DNA of 41,949 nucleotides, from the NCBI GenBank assembly GCA_041663405.1, contig JBAYMW010000001.1, forward strand, positions 1 to 41,949. Direction: 5' to 3'. The translations under genes and the position numbers were made by a program. Below are positions 40,441-41,949 of the stretch, piece by piece. The stretch is from Candidatus Omnitrophota bacterium. Its GTDB lineage: Bacteria; Omnitrophota; Gorgyraeia; Pluralincolimonadales; Pluralincolimonadaceae. Position 1 is the first letter of the stretch; each line of letters begins with the position of its first letter. The notes beneath the pieces are model-generated. The model had not been told where the DNA came from. It made no database searches and saw nothing but the letters and a program-made list of their open reading frames with translations.

Positions 40441-41949
40441 TTAGAGCTTCCTTGCGGTCCTCTTGAATTCGAATACTTCTATCACGTCTCCGGCCTTAAG
40501 GTCGTCGAAATTGCTGAGCGCGATGCCGCACTCAAAACCTTCCGCGACCTCCTTCACGTCGTCCTTGAAACGCTTGACCGAGGCGATCTTGCCCTCGTAT
40601 ACTTTATCCTTGTCCCTCCAGAGGCGGCATCCGGCGTTCCTGGTTATCTTGCCCTTGGCGACAAAGCATCCCGCGATCGTCCCGGCCTTCGTGACCTTGA
40701 AGACCTGCCTGACATCGGCGCGGCCGACAAAGACCTCGGTTATCGTAGGGTCTAGCATGCCTTCCATCGCGTTCTTGACGTCGTTTATCGCCTCGTATAT
40801 GATCCTGTAGAGCCTGACGTCGACCTTCTCCAGCTTGGCCGCCTCTTCCCCCTCGGGAGTATATTCGACATGGAAACCTATGATTATCGCGTTTGAAGCG
40901 GCGGCGAGCATGACATCCGAATCGTTTATGCTCCCGGCGCCCGAATGTATCACGTCGAGCTTTATATCGCTGGTGCCGAGGCTCTTCAGCGACTGTTCAA
41001 GCGCCTCGACAGAACCCTGCACGTCGGCCTTGATTATGACCTTCAACTCCTTGGCCTTGCCTTCCTTGACCTGCTGTGAAAGCTCTTCCAGGGTTATCCT
41101 CTTGACCGGCTGCATCTGCGCCGATTTGGCTTCCTGCCTGCGCTTCTCGACCAGCTCCCTCGCCGTCTTCTCGTCCGGGACGGTGAAGAATATGTCTCCC
41201 GCTTCGGGAAGCCCCGCCAGGCCGAGTATCTCGACCGGCTTTGAAGGGGGCGCCTCGTTAAGCCTGTGACCGAGGTCGTTTATCATGGCCCTGACCTTAC
41301 CGTAATGCAGGCCCGCTACGACAATATCCCCGGGCCTCAACGTCCCCTTCTGTACGAGGACGGTAGCTATGGGTCCGCCGCCTTTGGATATCTTGCCTTC
41401 GATCACGACGCCCTTCGTATTCCCGGTCGGGTCGGCCTTCAGCTCGAGCATTTCGGCCTCAAGCATAAGCATCTCAAGAAGCTCTTCTATGCCCTTGCCG
41501 GTCTTAGCCGAGACACCGATCATGACTGTCTTGCCGCCCCAGTCCTCGGACATGAGCCCAAGCTCGTTCAATTGCTTCTTAACCCTATCAGGGTTCGCTT
41601 CCGGTTTATCTATCTTATTCAGCGCGACGACTATCGGTACTTCGGCCGCGCGGGCGTGGTCAATGGCCTCTTTGGTCTGGGGCATTACGCCGTCATCGGC
41701 AGCGACGACAAGTATTACGATGTCCGTCGCCTGCGCGCCGCGGGCCCTCATCGCGGTAAACGCCTCGTGGCCGGGCGTATCCAGGAACGTCACGTTCCCC
41801 TTCCCGACCTTGACTACATACGCCCCGATATGCTGTGTAATGCCGCCGGACTCTTTATCGGCCAGGCTTGATTTCCTGATAGCGTCCAGGAGCGAGGTCT
41901 TGCCGTGGTCGACATGGCCCATCAACGTTACGACCGGGCCGCGCGAAAC
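40441..41949 (-). CDS. infB: Translation initiation factor IF-2 (G domain to C-terminus; N-terminus beyond right edge)
   Basis: The frame is open to the window edge (..GPVVTLMGHVDHGKTSLLD, DTPGHEAF, NKIDK). The ORF-track start 41925 is only an internal TTG. Confidence 0.95.
   Translation of the reverse strand, partial: VSRGPVVTLMGHVDHGKTSLLDAIRKSSLADKESGGITQHIGAYVVKVGKGNVTFLDTPGHEAFTAMRARGAQATDIVILVVAADDGVMPQTKEAIDHARAAEVPIVVALNKIDKPEANPDRVKKQLNELGLMSEDWGGKTVMIGVSAKTGKGIEELLEMLMLEAEMLELKADPTGNTKGVVIEGKISKGGGPIATVLVQKGTLRPGDIVVAGLHYGKVRAMINDLGHRLNEAPPSKPVEILGLAGLPEAGDIFFTVPDEKTARELVEKRRQEAKSAQMQPVKRITLEELSQQVKEGKAKELKVIIKADVQGSVEALEQSLKSLGTSDIKLDVIHSGAGSINDSDVMLAAASNAIIIGFHVEYTPEGEEAAKLEKVDVRLYRIIYEAINDVKNAMEGMLDPTITEVFVGRADVRQVFKVTKAGTIAGCFVAKGKITRNAGCRLWRDKDKVYEGKIASVKRFKDDVKEVAEGFECGIALSNFDDLKAGDVIEVFEFKRTARKL

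Overview
This is one very compact stretch of bacterial chromosome, and every feature I can support lies on the minus strand, so transcription runs right to left. In transcription order: (1) infB (5' end off-window)-trpS-scpA-scpB-pheA-hisC-DAHP synthase-tyrA-cmk-plsC-rpsA-tyrS. (2) A complete rrn operon, 16S-tRNA-Ile(GAT)-tRNA-Ala(TGC)-23S-5S, with a consensus promoter plus AT-rich UP-like tract, two boxA elements, processing-stem inverted repeats and a terminator after 5S. (3) A ~13.8 kb accessory-looking locus (10578-24404). It holds gspH/I/J-like minor pseudopilins, three ~1,000-aa GspK/PilX-like proteins fused to carbohydrate-binding-type modules (LamG-like, PA14, CBM4/9-like), and three paralogous secreted proteins of unknown family. 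(4) An EF-G paralog in which Tyr replaces the catalytic His. (5) yebC-ruvC-ruvA-ruvB-spoIID-like-queA-tgt-yajC-secDF (fused, 3' end off-window). The pseudopilus-tip locus is the main candidate for an undescribed system. It looks like a set of interchangeable lectin-bearing filament tips, each genetically coupled to a secreted partner, with no filament assembly machinery in the window. I found no CRISPR array, transposase, integrase or phage genes. Many ORF-track starts are over-extended because the track counts TTG/GTG as start codons, and I re-set several from SD sequences, promoters and family N-termini. All family assignments rest on motif recognition by eye, since no database search was possible. 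I cannot assign a taxon without a 16S search. The compactness and the giant surface proteins would fit an uncultured small-genome lineage, but that is speculation.
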